Shown: positions 1-10,555 of the stretch, piece by piece
Numbering within the stretch: position 1 is the stretch's first letter
Layout: each line of letters starts with the position of its first letter
Assembly (NCBI RefSeq): GCF_006345805.1
Contig: NW_021836483.1
Coordinates: 1 to 24,121 of the forward strand
From: Octopus sinensis
Lineage: Eukaryota
Length of the DNA: 24,121 nucleotides
Direction of reading: 5' to 3'
Program-made: the position numbers and the translations under genes
The notes under the pieces: model-generated
Told to the model about the DNA's origin: nothing
The model's database searches: none
What the model saw: the letters and a program-made list of their open reading frames with translations, nothing else

Positions 1-276
1 CTCTTTTGCCGAACCGCTAAGTGACGGGGACGTAAACACACCAGCATAGGTTGTGAAGCAATGCTAGAGGGACAAACACAGACACACAAACATATACCAC
101 ACACATACATATATATACATATATACGACAGGCTTCTTTCAGTTTCCGTCTACCAAATGCACTCACAAGGCTCTAGGCTATAGAAGAAGACACTTGCCCA
201 AGATGCCACGCAGTGGACTGAACCCGGAACCATGTTTTGGTAGGCAAGCTACTTACCACACAGCCACTCCTGCGCC
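1..276 (-). mobile_element. tRNA-derived SINE family A, copy 1 (3' end cut by window edge)
   Basis: Minus strand reads GGCGCAGGAGTGGCTGTGTGGTAAG (A-box-like)...GGTTCAGTCC (B-box-like), then a central domain, an internal (TA/CA) tract and the 3' module. Same layout as seven other copies in the window. Confidence 0.9.
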
Positions 277-332
<56 letters not shown>

Positions 333-389
333 ATGTATGTATATGTATGTATATATATATATATATACACGTGTGTGTAGTAGTATATG

Positions 390-429
<40 letters not shown>

Positions 430-460
430 CGTGTGTGTGTGTATAAATGCGTGCGTATGT
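277..460. repeat. Compound (TA)n/(TG)n microsatellite
   Basis: Directly visible dinucleotide tracts abutting the SINE head. Confidence 0.95.
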
Positions 461-477
461 ATCGAGAAACACAAAAG

Positions 478-884
478 ATCTTTTGTTTCAGTCATTTGAT
501 CGCGGTCATCCTGGAGTACCACCTTTACGCGAACAGATAGACCTGAGGACTTATTCGTTCTAAGCTATAACTGATTCTATTGGTCTCACTTAGCTGAACC
601 GCTTAGTTTACGGGACTTAAACACAACAAAATCTGTTGACAATTGATGGTGGGAGGACAAACAGAGACACAAACAACAAATACATACATATATATATATA
701 TATATATACTTTGATATATATATATATATATATACGACGGGCTTCTTACAGTTTCCGCCTACCAAATCCATTCTCAAGGCTTTGGTCGGTAGAAGGCATT
801 TGCCCAATGTGGCACGCAGAGGAACTGAAGCCGAAAGCATGTGATTGAGAATCATGCTTCTTACCACACAGCCACTCCTGCGCC
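478..884 (-). mobile_element. SINE family A, copy 2 (diverged, near full length)
   Basis: From ttttgtttcagtcatttgatcgcgg to ttaccacacagccactcctgcgcc; colinear with copies at 2822 and 12080, with a small deletion in the central domain. Confidence 0.88.
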
Positions 885-986
885 TATATATATATATATA
901 TGTGTGTGTGTGCGTTGTGTGTGTGTGTGTCTGTCTGTCTGTGTGTATATGCATACATACATACATACATACATATATATATATAC
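885..986. repeat. (TA)n/(TG)n/(TACA)n microsatellite
   Basis: Visible simple repeats. Confidence 0.9.
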
Positions 987-1023
987 GGTTGTAGACAAAT
1001 GCATGCGAATATACATTCATACA

Positions 1024-1364
1024 TTAAAGACCCCCTTCGGTCATGAATGACCATGGGATTACACCTAGAAAGTTACCCTCCGAGGCAAATGTCCGGGAAA
1101 TATTGTTTGTAGAAGACCAGCAGTCGCCGATGCATACCAGCCTCCCCTCTTCACACCATCGATGTTGTCCAAGAGAAAGGCAAAGGCCGATACAGCTTAG
1201 CACCAGTGATGTCTCGCAACTCATTTCTACAGCCGAGTTAACTGGAGCAACGTAAAATATAATGTCTTGCTCAAGAACACAACAGGCAGCCCGGTACGGG
1301 AATCGAACTCACAACCTCACGACTGTAAGCTCGATGCTCTAACCAATGAGCCATGCACCTTCAC
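1024..1364 (-). mobile_element. tRNA-derived SINE family B (CORE-like centre, tail type 1)
   Basis: Minus strand: GTGAAGGTGCATGGCTCATTGGTTAGAGC (A box)...GAGTTCGATTCC (B box), then ttgagcaagacatt...gttgctccagtt...aaatgagtt. The tail ends in a small hairpin GGTCATTCATGACC. Confidence 0.85.
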
Positions 1365-1639
1365 ATGCATACATATATTTAAATACATATGTCTTGTCTC
1401 GTTCATATTGTTATTGATATATTTCTCCAGTTATTATTCATCCTCAAATAATGTATCTTGAAACTTACACAGAGATTTGTATTTGATTTCTAAGGATAAA
1501 TAAGAATTTTTTCTTTTGTTGTTACCTTTTGTAAAGGGTAAGAATCGTGCTGACAAACTTCCAAGGGCCCTTCTATGCTGTGGAGATCAGGAAATTTAAT
1601 GCTTGTCTTGAAATTTTCTAATTATCTATTGTGTAGATT

Positions 1640-1824
1640 TATTTGCTCAACTCCATTCAACGGCAGTAATTCTGGAACAACACCTTCAAGGATATTGACC
1701 CCTAGTACATTCTTTTAAGACTGGCACTTATTTTGTGGATCTCCTTTGCCGGACGTAGACAAACCAGCACCGGTTCTCATGTGATGGTGGTGGAGAAACA
1801 CATACAGAAAAACTTACACACACA

Positions 1825-1825
<1 letters not shown>
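1640..1825 (-). mobile_element. Old degenerate 3' module related to SINE family A
   Basis: ctggaacaacaccttcaagg...gacccctagtac...ggcacttatttt...gatctcctttgccg...caaaccagcaccggtt resembles the family A 3' half. Confidence 0.55.
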
Positions 1826-1857
<32 letters not shown>

Positions 1858-1863
<6 letters not shown>

Positions 1864-2155
1864 GAAAGAATGGAGTTGAACGACGAATTAACAAAATTCT
1901 TTTATTCTCGACATATGTTTCGAAGGCTGCATATTCCTATTTCGAAGGAATATGCAGCCTTCGAAACATATGTCGAAAATAAAGGAATTTTGTTAATTCG
2001 TCGTTCAACTCCATTCTTTCATTTATTTGTATTTAAAAAACACACAAATTTCCACACGAAAGCACGTGATCTCTCTGCCCTTGGCATGTAGCTTCAACAA
2101 CCGTTTTTCTGACGTGAATTTGCTACCCAGGTATCGGTTAAGCGAATTATCCATA
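1858..2155 (+). mobile_element. Foldback element P, copy 1 (81-bp arms plus about 130-bp unique flank)
   Basis: 1858-1938 and 1946-2026 are reverse complements with 2 mismatches around a 7-nt loop. The flank 2027-2155 is shared with an inverted copy at 4066-4189. Confidence 0.9.
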
Positions 2156-2180
2156 ATAAGATATTCACTACATTCAACTA

Positions 2181-2182
<2 letters not shown>

Positions 2183-2245
<63 letters not shown>

Positions 2246-2345
2246 TAATAAATATATATAATAATATATATGTATATATATAAATATATATATATATATG
2301 TATGTATGTATGTAGTATATATGTATGTATGTACGTATGTATATT
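2183..2345. repeat. (TA)n/(TATG)n microsatellite
   Basis: Visible simple repeats. Confidence 0.95.
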
Positions 2346-2503
2346 CGACGGTCTCCTTTCAGTTTCCGCTTACGAAATCCACTCGCAACGCACTGGTCAG
2401 CCCGCGGCTATAGAAGAGAACACATGCAAAGGTGCCACACAGTGGGACTGAACGCAGAAAAATGTGATTGAGAAGCAAGCTTCTTGCCATAAAAGCCAAT
2501 CCC
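2346..2503 (-). mobile_element. SINE family A, 5' half (diverged)
   Basis: cgacggtctcctttcagtttccg...ggtgccacacagtgggactgaac...aagcttcttgccataaaagcc matches the head and central domain. Confidence 0.8.
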
Positions 2504-2700
2504 ACTTGAACCATTCCGGGAAATGTTTCAGCATTACGAGAATTTAATGGAGGTGCGTCGTTCAATAAGGAATAGCATGGCGTTTACCTTTAGTGCTGGA
2601 TAAGATCTGAAGCCAAACAAATTTGATGAGAGAAGATGAGACAAGTGGACGGAAATATCCGATTACAGATGGCAACAACCCAAAAGTGACAGTTACATAT

Positions 2701-2770
2701 AAAGTAGCAGAAGCAGAAGCCGTAGCAGCAGCAAGTATTTCAGTAGTAGCAGTAGAAACAGCAGGTGTAG
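2701..2770. repeat. Degenerate (GCA/GTA)n trinucleotide tract
   Basis: gtagcagaagcagaagccgtagcagcagca...gtagtagcagtag. Confidence 0.7.
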
Positions 2771-2821
2771 GGTTTGGATATTATATATTGTTATGTTTAT
2801 ATAGATATATGTTCTTTCTAT

Positions 2822-3049
2822 TCTTTTATTCTTTTACTTGTTTCAGTCACTTGACTGTGGCCATGCTGGAGCACCGCCTTTAGTCGAGCAAATCAACTCC
2901 AGGACTCTTTGTAAGCCTAGTCCTTATTCTATCGGTCTCGTTAGCCGAACCGCTAAGTGACGGGGACATAAACACGCCAGCATCGGTTGTCAAACAATGC
3001 TAGGGGGACAAACACAGACACAGAAACATACACGCACCAATATATATAT

Positions 3050-3097
<48 letters not shown>

Positions 3098-3274
3098 TAT
3101 ATATATACGACGGGTTTCTTTCAGTTTCCGCCTACCAAATCCACTCACAAGGCTTTGGTCGGTCGAGGCTATAGTAGAAAACACTTGCCCAAGGTGTCAC
3201 GCAGTGGGACTGAACCCAGAACCATGTGGTTGGTAAGCAAGCTACATACCACACATCACATCCACTCCTACGCC
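2822..3274 (-). mobile_element. SINE family A, full-length copy
   Basis: Complete from tail (cttttacttgtttcagtc) through the internal (TA)n to head (ccactcctacgcc). Confidence 0.92.
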
Positions 3275-3414
3275 TAATATTATATATTATATATTCTTAT
3301 CTTTATATATATATATATATTATATATATATATATTATATATATAAATATATATATATATATACTTTAGGCTCTTTCACATAATAACGTACAGCTAAGGT
3401 CAAAGACGTAAATT

Positions 3415-3470
3415 TGTCATCGAATGACTACTTGAATCATAGTGAGCCGATGACACTAACCACTAGGCTA
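3415..3470 (-). mobile_element. tRNA-like SINE head remnant
   Basis: Minus strand TAGCCTAGTGGTTAGTGTCATCGGCTCA, an A-box-type start; B box degenerate and no body seen. Confidence 0.45.
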
Positions 3471-4065
3471 AGCAAATTTTTTCTCCTGACTCAGACATTG
3501 AATAACATATAAGAATTCTGTTTTAGTTTCTGAAGATTAAAGATGTTATAAAAGAAAGAACATGTGATAGTTCTTAAGTTGTTGATACGATCACTATTGG
3601 TACGTCTTGCACGCAACTAGTTTACGGCTAAATTTGATATTGAGAAAAATTGTTGACAGAAGAAAATAGTAGAAAACTTTTAAGTGATTTTTCTATATAG
3701 TGAACCTCGAAAGTAGATATTTTTTTTCAACATGTCAGGATTTTAACATTCGCAAATTCGTAAAGCTCTGAGATTTTTGTTGATCAAAGTGTTACCTTTT
3801 TGTAAATGAATTAGTCTGAATTGCGAGGAATTAGGAGTTTCTTTTGGTATCATATTCTATAATGTGATTTGCCACTGATGGGCACGCCTAGTCGTTGCCT
3901 TCCGCTATACTGTTGGAATGACCAAAGATGCGTGATTGGATTTTGGTTGACAGAAATTGGAGGCACCTCTTTGAATATAGATTAAAACTATTTACCAATT
4001 ATATCTCGATTTTTGTATGTATGCATCTACATGCACACACATATACCCTCACACACGTATATGTA

Positions 4066-4327
4066 TATGGAAAATTCGGTTAATCGATACCTGGGTAGAA
4101 AATTCACGCCAGAAAACATGGTTGAAGCTACCTGTCAAGGGTAGAAACTCCGGGTTCTTGTGTGGAAATTTGTGTGTGTTTTTATATGAATAAATGAAAG
4201 AATGGAGTCGAACGAAGATTTTAACAAAATTCCTTTACTCTCGACACATGTTTCGAGTATGCCGCCTTCGAAACATGTGTCGAGAGTAAAGGAATTTTGT
4301 TTAAATCTTCGTTCGACTCCATTCTTC

Positions 4328-4333
<6 letters not shown>
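4066..4333 (-). mobile_element. Foldback element P, copy 2 (inverted relative to copy 1)
   Basis: Arms 4190-4256 and 4268-4333 differ by one mismatch and one indel around an 11-nt loop. 4066-4189 is the reverse complement homolog of 2027-2155. Confidence 0.9.
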
Positions 4334-4368
<35 letters not shown>

Positions 4369-4466
4369 TGAGTTCAGCAAAATTTAGATTCAGATGAATA
4401 TGGTACTTACGTTAAAGGCACCATAATTTTGTATGGTATTATCCATATAAACCCATGGGGTGATTA

Positions 4467-4796
4467 TAATCAGAGTAAGCAACAAGCATATCCAACGTAG
4501 AGTAGTACAATTGTTTCATGCTACTTCATTTTATTAAGCACTGTAAGTATTACATCAGTTTTAAAATGTCGAGCAATCAACAGCCACTTATAGAAATTTT
4601 CCGATCAAACGGACAAAGCACATTCTTATCTCTTATGCATTCTTATGCATTTTTCCGTTTGATTGGAAAATTTCTAAAAGTGGCTGAAGATGGCTCGACA
4701 TTTTAAAACTGATGCAATACTTACAATGCTTAATAAAATGAAGTAACATGAAACGATTGTACCACATTACCTCGAATATACTTGTTGCTTATTTTG

Positions 4797-4800
<4 letters not shown>
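4467..4800. mobile_element. Foldback element Q (about 154-bp imperfect arms, TA at both ends; MITE-like or PLE-derived)
   Basis: taatcagagtaagcaacaag...ggacaaagca is the approximate reverse complement of tgcatttttcc...cttgttgcttattttgatta. The loop (about 4621-4646) carries tcttat repeats. Confidence 0.88.
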
Positions 4801-4830
<30 letters not shown>

Positions 4831-5439
4831 AAGGGTCGTAAATTAGAAAGAAATTGTAAAAAGTACATTGTATATAAGGCAACAATAATAACACAGGAAC
4901 CCTCTTCATGTAGCTACATAGGATGCGCTCAAAACGGGGTTAAATGAAGGATTTCGAACCACGAAGCCACGTTTAGAGACTATGGAATGCTAAGAGTACC
5001 GTACTCTCAAAATAAAAGTAAAAAAAGAAAATTGGTACCTCAAAAGAAAGAATATTTATTTCTCAACTATGCGGTTAATTCTACTGTATACCCCTTGTTA
5101 CAGAAATAACAATAAAATTTGCAGATTATATCTAGAAGAAAACTGTAATATAATGAGAATGAATACATGCCTTGTTAATACGAGGGATGAAGCTGTTACT
5201 CGGGTAAACACATGACCAAATTCCTATTCATTAATCTAAAATAGCTATTTACTCCCTGAATTCTTAGTTTGATAGCTTTAAAAATCATAATATATTCTCC
5301 CTATCTATATCTATGTCTGCTTACTCTCATTTTTATTTTTCCCCTACTCCTAACATATCTATATCAATAAATACTCATACATGATTTTAGTTATTCCACC
5401 CAACAACTGAGAATATTTTAATACTGGTATATATATAAT

Positions 5440-5543
<104 letters not shown>

Positions 5544-6594
5544 TATGCTGAACCCTAATTATAATTATAACCATAATTATACATTTTTATGTATAACGAT
5601 AATGGTTCTTTTAACATACCGAAGAACAATTTGGTAAGGTTATTAATTACTAATTAATAAATTAATTTTACCCTTTTTTTATTATGGATCAAATCTACGT
5701 ATGTTTTTTATAGATATGCCTACATGTGTATGTGTTTATGTATATATGTTCTTATATGTATATCTATATATACATATATGTATATATTATATATGTAGAT
5801 TTATTTATATGTGTATATGTACGTGTATGTGTATAGGTATGTGGCATGTATATATATCTACATATATGTGTAGCTATGTGTTTATACGTGAATAATGTGT
5901 GCCAATATATGCGTATATGACTATATAAACATATAATCTACTGTGTATATATAATATTCACTCATTCTACACTATTACAACTTATACGTACACCCCTACG
6001 TGTAACCATTTACCCTAATATCATGATAACAATTATATTATATACATTCACTAAACCTACATAACGTCTATTATTGTTCATTACGATAATATACTTCTTA
6101 GATAGCTAAATACTTCTTACATATATACATAAGCATTCCAATCTATAATTATTACACAGAATTCATCTTATATAATATTCCTACATATCTTTCATATAAT
6201 ATATATTGTTATCTTTATATATATATATTTATACTATATACTTTTTGGCTCTTTCGCATAATAACGTATATTTACACCAAAATCACCATTATAGTTTTCA
6301 TGGAAATGTTTTTAAACTATTATAGAAGTGTATGTATGATGATAAACGTTCTCTGTATATATAGTATCTCACTACTACTTTTGTATTTGAGGTATTATCG
6401 TATTTTTGCATTATCGTGTTTCTCGGAATATGATAAATTCTGTCTCCATTATTGGCCACACATTCTCTCTATATTTATATACACATAAGTATTTACAGTA
6501 AATTATTACTGTATGATTTTCATGTAGCACACCGTAATTTTTATATCTATATAAAATTATTCACTCTCTTTCTCGTAAAATACTTACCACAGAA

Positions 6595-6636
<42 letters not shown>

Positions 6637-6638
<2 letters not shown>

Positions 6639-6916
6639 AAAAAGGATATATATTTGCAGAGGAAAGCCTGCTTTTCCTCGACAGCCATGATTGTCACACA
6701 CTGATGACGGGTCAATACCCAGAAACTCGAGTCCGTGTGTATCATAGGATGAAGACGCGAAGGATAACTTCCCTTTCAAATACTGATAGGGCACAGAAAC
6801 TGTGTCTATAGCCAGCTGGATGAAGTGTCCTCCTGGGGCTACAAGCTACAGTAGCATCCACCCTTAGGGGCTAGCCATATTTAAATGGCAAATATACTTC
6901 ACGATGTGTTGCAGCT
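6637..6916 (+). mobile_element. Short hammerhead-bearing element (PLE pseudo-LTR-like); boundaries approximate
   Basis: GC-richer block between a (TA)n tract and the RTE fragment. It contains the hammerhead at 6685-6748 and a hairpin at 6659-6679. Confidence 0.5.
6685..6748 (+). ncRNA. Type I hammerhead ribozyme motif (HHR-1)
   Basis: CTGATGA 6701-6707; stem II gggt/accc with loop caat; GAAA 6722-6725; palindromic stem III ACTCGAGT; GUC site 6731-6733; stem I cacac/gtgtg extended by atgat/atcat across an internal loop. Confidence 0.8.
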
Positions 6917-7319
6917 GGCTCAGAAACCTGGACGTTATCAAAGAAGCTTGAGAGGCGGTTGGATGGAACCTACACTCGCCTTCTTATGAGAGCTCAAAAT
7001 CTCTCGTGGAAGCGTCATCCAACCAAAATGCAAATATATGGGAAACTACCACCTGTGTCATCTCTTGTGAAGGGTAGGAGAGTCCAGTTTGCTGGACATT
7101 GTTGTAGAGCTGAAAAAGAAGTAATTTCTACTCTTCTCCTCTGGAAGCCATCACTCGCAATACCAGAGGGCGCACACTCTCCTACCCTGATGTAATCTCC
7201 AGGATACAGGCATCCAGCACAGGACCTCCGTAATGCTATGATGGACCGTGAAGTCTGGCGTAACATAGTAAATTCCATTGTCTGGACCACGGTCGAACAA
7301 TGATGATGATGATGATGAT
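6917..7319 (+). pseudogene. 5'-truncated RTE/RTEX-like LINE ORF2 C-terminus with (TGA)n tail
   Basis: Translates GSETWTLSKKLERRLDGTYTRLLMRAQNLSWKRHPTKMQIYGKLPPVSSLVKGRRVQFAGHCCRAEKEVISTLLLWKP, then after frameshifts QDLRNAMMDREVWRNIVNSIVWTTVEQ* (7220-7303). GSETWTL and AGHC.R are typical post-RT motifs. Trinucleotide tail 7301-7319. Confidence 0.88.
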
Positions 7320-8008
7320 CTTATAACTCGCTCAGAGATTTATTTTTGTTATATATATATATATAGAAATATATATATATATATATATATGTAAATTAAT
7401 TTTTTTATAACGTTATCCGTATACATTTAATACATTTCTCATTACCCTCACTTTTTCTTTTATTTTTTAACATCCCCTTTTCTACAATCTCCCAAACATA
7501 CTCAATACTTCTTATTTATGTCCCCTACACTAGTCTAATTCCGTTTACTTCTCACCTTCTCTAATTTATTAGCTTTTCTCTCCTGTACTTTCTCTTACTA
7601 CATCTAAATTGTTTTTTTACTTCTCTTAACATTAAATTTCGTAAGTATAACACAACCATTTTTTACGCTAAGCTTTTTCATCATTTTATGATTTAATATA
7701 AAATAGCAAGTATAGTTGTCAACGGTTAAATTAAATTTACGTTAGTACCGTTTTCTTATTGGACATTTCTATAACTAACACGCCCTATGCTTCATATATG
7801 GAGTTATAATTAGCCAATCTATACTAATCTATAGAGAGGAAGTTATTGATACTTCTATATTTATATCTTCCCCTAACCGTTCATCCGTCAATTGTGGTTA
7901 AATAATTGATATGACTCCCTTCACTTATACGCAGGTATAGGAAACAAATAGACACGGAACTCATAGGTCCAACTTCTCTGCTTCTTTTAGTTATCTTTAT
8001 AATTTTTT

Positions 8009-8090
8009 TGCACTGATGAATACTTTGATATTTTCAAATTCTGAAATTGAATTTAAATCTATGTACGAAACGATCGTACGCATGAATAAA
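8009..8090 (+). ncRNA. Type I hammerhead ribozyme motif (HHR-2) followed by AATAAA
   Basis: tgca-CTGATGA (8013-8019); long AT-rich stem II closed by tac/gta; GAAA 8067-8070; palindromic stem III ACGATCGT; GUA site 8076-8078; cgca; AATAAA 8085-8090. Confidence 0.7.
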
Positions 8091-8653
8091 CTTCTTACAA
8101 CTTTTTAACAACTTATCTCCTCCATTTTTGATAAATATGATTACATTTGTAGAACTTCCTTGCATAACTTAATCATACACTTAATATATATATATATATA
8201 TATATATATAAGTATTATATATACATGTGTGTGTTTGTGTCTGTTTATGTTTCTTTGTGTGTGTGTGTGTGTGTCTAGTCGAAAGATATACATGTCCTTA
8301 AGCAGGTTTCGTTTCTTTACTTGTTTCTTAGCCATTAGTGAATCTTTCTAATTCTGCTTTGATAAAAAGTTCACCTGAAGCGCGCCAATCTATTTCTTTT
8401 CATTTTCATTGCAACGACATAGAATTCACAGTGCGCAACCTTTTTCTTTCCGTTTATGATTTGTGTCTGTTTACATTTTGTCCGCCGCCCTTCGAAGCTT
8501 TTCCCACTAATAGTAACCTTTCATGTTGTCTAAATGCCCGTCTCTTATTCACCTCCTGGCCTTTGTACTATTTTATCTGCACAGACACACAGAAGTACAA
8601 ACGCACATAAACAAACATACAAACACACACAAACACTCACACAAACACAAACA

Positions 8654-8906
8654 TTCTTTCATTTGTTTACATCCTTCCACTGTGGTCATTCTGGAGCACA
8701 GCCTTAAAAGATTTCCAGCCAAAGAAATGGACTCCAGTAATTATTCTTTGTGAGCCTTGTACTTATTATATCCACCCATTTTTGCTGAACCGCTAAGTTA
8801 TATAGAGGGAAACACACCAAACATCGGTTGTCAAGCGATGGTTGGCGAGGGACAAAGACCCCAAAATCGCACAATAAGAATATAAATATATAATATAACG
8901 AGACCA

Positions 8907-8945
<39 letters not shown>

Positions 8946-9163
8946 ATATATATATTATATATATATACGAGACCTTGAATATATATATATAAATATACGA
9001 GAGGCTTCTTTCATTTTTCGTCTACAAATCCACTCACCATGCTTTGGTCGGCCCTAGGCTATAGTAGAAGACATTTGCCCAAGATACCAAGGAGTGGGAC
9101 TGAAACTTGAACAATGTAGTAGGGAAGCAGATGATTAGCAACTTTCTTACCACACTACCACGC
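8654..9163 (-). mobile_element. SINE family A, old copy with expanded internal tract
   Basis: 3' module 8654-8870; internal (TA)n with a duplicated acgagacc(a/t)tgaata unit; head region 8997-9163. Confidence 0.8.
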
Positions 9164-9196
9164 ATATATACATACATACTATATATATATTATATA

Positions 9197-9240
<44 letters not shown>

Positions 9241-9419
9241 TATTATACAAAAAACGGGGGGGTGAATGTATAGTGTAGATAGTTGTTTTAAATTTCTAAT
9301 ATCCCTTATATGTCTAACATGTAAAACTTAATTCCTATTAACAAATGAAATATGTAAAATGGTAAATAAGTACTAAAAAAATTAATTTTCTGTTTCGCTT
9401 ATACATACATTCATCTATA

Positions 9420-9479
9420 TATGCAAAAATATATCATAATGTTATATACATATATATATACATACATATAATATATAAG

Positions 9480-9514
<35 letters not shown>

Positions 9515-9609
9515 CACACACATTATATATATATATATATAGATATATATATAATATATATATATATATACTTATATATATATACTATATATATATATAA
9601 TATTATATA

Positions 9610-9644
<35 letters not shown>

Positions 9645-9700
9645 CTTATATATATACATATACATGTGTGTATGTATATATTTGTACATGTGTGTGTGTG
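9420..9700. repeat. Interrupted (TA)n/(TG)n microsatellite
   Basis: Visible simple repeats. Confidence 0.9.
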
Positions 9701-10008
9701 AATTGTAATGAATTCCATATATCCCACTCACATCTACTTGTGTATTCACTCTCCAGTTATAAATAATCGCCGCACGAACGGTTTCGGTTGTTTGCTCTCT
9801 AACCGCGAAATATTTCAGGGCTCTTTCTCGTTGTTCGATACATTAGGAGACTTTTACCTCTATTCGCTAAACATGAGTCTGTGTGTGTGTGTGTACGTGA
9901 GTGTATGTGTTTCAGTGCATGACTGTATGTGTGTGGGGGAGTGAGAGAGAGAGAGAGATAGTTCGTTAAATATTATCTATTACGGATAAAGTAATGATTG
10001 AGTGGTAG

Positions 10009-10508
10009 TATCTGTCCCCACTTAAATGTATGTTCTGTTAGAACAAACTATACTGTAATAGATAGCATGAGAGAACCTCTCATATTGGCTTTTACTTGAA
10101 AATGCACTCTTACTTATATAGTTAACGGGGAGATAACTCCCAGCCTCCTTTAACGCCGAGACGACCAGTTCACGTGATTTTGACCTTGTTTGTCTTGCGA
10201 ATGATGGACGCTCGACCGCTAAACGCAACAGCAAATCATCTCTCCGCCCGCGATATGTAGACTGATTGTGCTAGAATAGGCGCTGGTGTCACGATTAGCC
10301 AGTGAGTTTCTTTAAAATATTTATTTACAACAGAGGAAGTATTTGTACCCGGGAGCTAATATTTATCCCCCCTTAAGTGTGGATGTTCTGTTAGGACATG
10401 CTATACTGTGGTAAATACCTTGAGAGAGACACACAAACATAAGTATTATATTCAAGTGACAAATCTGTTGCAGTAGTTGTTTAACGCCAAATCTATCTTG
10501 ATTGTGCT
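10009..10508. repeat. Degenerate direct duplication, spacing about 350 bp
   Basis: 10009-10074 resembles 10364-10427 (shared atgttctgtta and ctatactgt). tttaacgcc (10149, 10480) and tgattgtgct (10263, 10499) also recur. Confidence 0.65.
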
Positions 10509-10555
10509 GGGCTTTCACTAAAAGCTATCCAGCCATGACCATCTAGTCTGTTGTT

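Noticed and set aside
4880-5020. Structured block with gagtac-c-gtactc hairpin and AATAAA
   Set aside because: No hammerhead core, TIR or second copy in the window; cannot be classified.
6783-6810. Second hammerhead-like string CTGATAG...GAAACTGTGTC
   Set aside because: Core deviates from CUGANGA and there is no stem II; better explained as a small gcacag/ctgtgt hairpin.
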